From an uncultured cyanobacterium (GTDB lineage Bacteria > Cyanobacteriota > Cyanobacteriia > Cyanobacteriales > Nostocaceae), in assembly GCA_963740315.1 (NCBI GenBank), contig CAVUDP010000001.1, forward strand, positions 768,001-832,000: a DNA stretch of 64,000 bases, in the 5' to 3' direction. A model generated the notes under the pieces. It saw nothing but the letters and a program-made list of their open reading frames with translations, was not told the DNA's origin and searched no databases. Below, one piece after another: positions 62,125-64,000 of the stretch (the stretch's first letter is position 1; each line of letters starts with the position of its first letter). Position numbers and translations under genes: made by a program.

Positions 62125-62216
62125 GGGAATACTTTGAATATCAACTACCAACAATCTATATAAAGGGTTGAAATTTACCAATGTCCGAAAATCCTATTAT
62201 TACCGCATTAACACCA
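62125..62216 (+). pseudogene. 5' fragment of a third DUF6745 gene
   Basis: GGGAATACTTT..ATATCAACT upstream motif plus ATGTCCGAAAATCCTATTATTACCGCATTAACACCA, identical to the start of 62477. Confidence 0.8.
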
Positions 62217-62220
62217 AATT

Positions 62221-62388
62221 GTAGGTTGGGTTAGACGCTTTTTTAATAAGCGGGTTTTAGTTAAAAATCTATATAGCGTCGTAACCCAACATATGCTTCT
62301 TATATCTACAACTCGGATGTTGGGTTGCGACACCAGATTTAAATTTTCGTTACAACCAATTTTTGTTTTGGAGTAAGACCCAACCTAC
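62221..62388. repeat. REP doublet copy 5
   Basis: GTAGGTTGGGTTAGACGCT..AGCGTCGTAACCCAAC..GTTGGGTTGCGA..ACCCAACCTAC. Confidence 0.85.
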
Positions 62389-62476
62389 AGATATTATGGG
62401 TTTGGTGCTGAAATTTTTAACTTTAATACGGGAATACTTTAAATATCAACTTTGAAAAAATCAAAAATATTCCCTT

Positions 62477-63553
62477 ATGTCCGAAAATCCTATTATTACC
62501 GCATTAACACCAGAGCAACAAGCTTTAATTCCGGTTTATCGCGAAAAGTGGCGAAAAATTGCGCTTTCAACCCAGAGAGTTGATCGAGAGAAAGCGACGG
62601 AAGCTTTAAAAGCAGCTTATAACTTTTTTGATAGCGAAGCTCCTGAGATTGAATTTTTTGATAGTCCCAAAGCAGCTTTAAAAGAATTATCCGATATTTG
62701 TTATGATTATCTAGATTTTTCTATTTTATGCGATTTACGACATCCGTTAATAAATTATCCATACGAACGCTCTCAAAATACTACCACAATAGAAGAACGA
62801 ACTGTAATAGAACGAGAAATATTAAAGATAGTATTGGAACAAAATTATAATATACATACCCAATTAGAATTAGAAGAAGATTTTGATGAAGAATTTTTGA
62901 TACCTGACGAACATATGTTAGGTGGTATTCAAACTGATTTTTTAATTGCCGAATGCTGTTTTTATGATTTCTGTATTTCCGTTCTAAAGTTACCTCACAA
63001 TCAACAGAAATGGAAAGCTTTTAAAAATATAGTTCAGTATTGTGGATGGATTTTTGATTACAACAATATTTGCTTAGTATCCAACCGTCCAATTAAACTA
63101 TCTTACGACGAGCAAAACAATCTCCACGAGTCAAACGGTAAACCCGCAATCGAATACGCTGACGGTTTCAAGGTTTATGCTTATCACGGTGTTTGGATAC
63201 CTGAAAAATACGGTGAAATACCTTCATCACAATGGAAATCTCATTGGTTATTATCAGAAGAAAACGCTGAATTACGACGAATTTTAATTCAATCCATCGG
63301 TTACAACCGGATTTGTCAAGAATTGGGAGCAGTTGAATTAGATTCTTGGCAAGAATATACTTTACTAAAAATTGAGAATTACACAGAAATTAATCCCGAA
63401 ACTTCAGAAACAATGCATTTATTAAAGATGATTTGTCCAAGTACGGGATTTATTCACTTTTTAAGAGTACCACCAGATATTAATTCTGCCAGAGATGCGA
63501 TCGCTTGGCTTAATTGGGGAGTCTCGCCAGAAGATTTTGCAGTACAAACTTGA
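62477..63553 (+). CDS. DUF6745-type protein, paralog 2
   Basis: Same N- and C-terminal motifs as paralog 1; divergent middle. Confidence 0.85.
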   Translation: MSENPIITALTPEQQALIPVYREKWRKIALSTQRVDREKATEALKAAYNFFDSEAPEIEFFDSPKAALKELSDICYDYLDFSILCDLRHPLINYPYERSQNTTTIEERTVIEREILKIVLEQNYNIHTQLELEEDFDEEFLIPDEHMLGGIQTDFLIAECCFYDFCISVLKLPHNQQKWKAFKNIVQYCGWIFDYNNICLVSNRPIKLSYDEQNNLHESNGKPAIEYADGFKVYAYHGVWIPEKYGEIPSSQWKSHWLLSEENAELRRILIQSIGYNRICQELGAVELDSWQEYTLLKIENYTEINPETSETMHLLKMICPSTGFIHFLRVPPDINSARDAIAWLNWGVSPEDFAVQT

Positions 63554-63555
63554 AT

Positions 63556-63651
63556 ATCTATATTGCGTCGTAACCCAACATTTTTATTTATGCTTCGATG
63601 TTGATGTTGAATTACGAATCAAATTCCATTTTAGTATCTAACCCAACCTAC
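63556..63651. repeat. Partial REP doublet
   Basis: GCGTCGTAACCCAAC..TCTAACCCAACCTAC; the leading GTAGGTTGGGTTAG arm is missing. Confidence 0.75.
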
Positions 63652-63740
63652 AAACTTTACTACAAGTGTTGCCAATAGTTGGAAAGATAGAGAATTTGCT
63701 CCGGATGAATCATTAGTTGAAAATTTTTTAATCTTAATAG

Positions 63741-63868
63741 GTACCATTACGTGATACAATATTATCTGTAGGAAGTAAAACCGATTATAATCGGTTGAAC
63801 GCAATTAAAAAATAGGTTATTGAAGCGGCGAGGATTAATTAGACCTTGAGCAGCAAACATCTAGCCTG
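63741..63868 (+). other. Conserved non-coding element, copy B
   Basis: Core AAGCGGCGAGGATTAATTAGACCTTGAGCAGCAAACATCTA shared with copy A. Confidence 0.7.
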
Positions 63869-64000
63869 CCTATTTTTATTTATTAAGTATTTTATCGGAA
63901 TGATTAAATAAAATTATTCGACAAACACCAATAAATAAGAAGAAATAAATATTTTCTCCAAATTAGCAAAACAGCATATACACGTCCCAACAGATTATAT

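Noticed and set aside
63771..63802. GGAAGTAA-hairpin-GAACGC resembling the 3' half of a glnA glutamine riboswitch
   Set aside because: The 5' CGTT strand, P2 and the GAAG E-loop strand are missing, and copy A does not keep these bases

Overview
This is AT-rich chromosomal DNA from a filamentous cyanobacterium, probably Nostocales (inferred from frequent HIP1 GCGATCGC octamers, heptamer STRR tracts, ycf54, a PEP-CTERM protein and Uma2 genes). The first ~13 kb is a metal/iron acquisition cluster: futABC, HugZ-like, SLH-OprB porin, COG0523 GTPase, devC-like, exbBD, and a CblD/MMADHC-like gene. Housekeeping genes (leuCD, sfsA, pdxJ, ycf54, crtE, folD) alternate with accessory and conflict genes: a HipA-like kinase plus HipS/HIRAN partner, a degenerate VapBC, a Phd/RelE-like pair, solo HicB, Rpn and Uma2 paralogs, and DUF6745 paralogs. 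The best candidate for an undescribed system is at 34.7-41.9 kb. There a stand-alone TRPM-type SLOG gene and a membrane-anchored triple-TIR/WD40 protein converge on a wHTH gene plus an MscS-family channel, which suggests TIR-derived nucleotide signalling to a channel. Non-coding structure is also rich. It includes GTAG-REP doublets with covarying stems that bracket single genes, a 24-bp element inserted into a HIP1 site, MITEs, and two inverted ~125-bp elements around a DUF6745 gene. No rRNA, tRNA, CRISPR array, integrase, reverse transcriptase or intact IS transposase was recognised. All family assignments are by eye, from motifs, with no database search.
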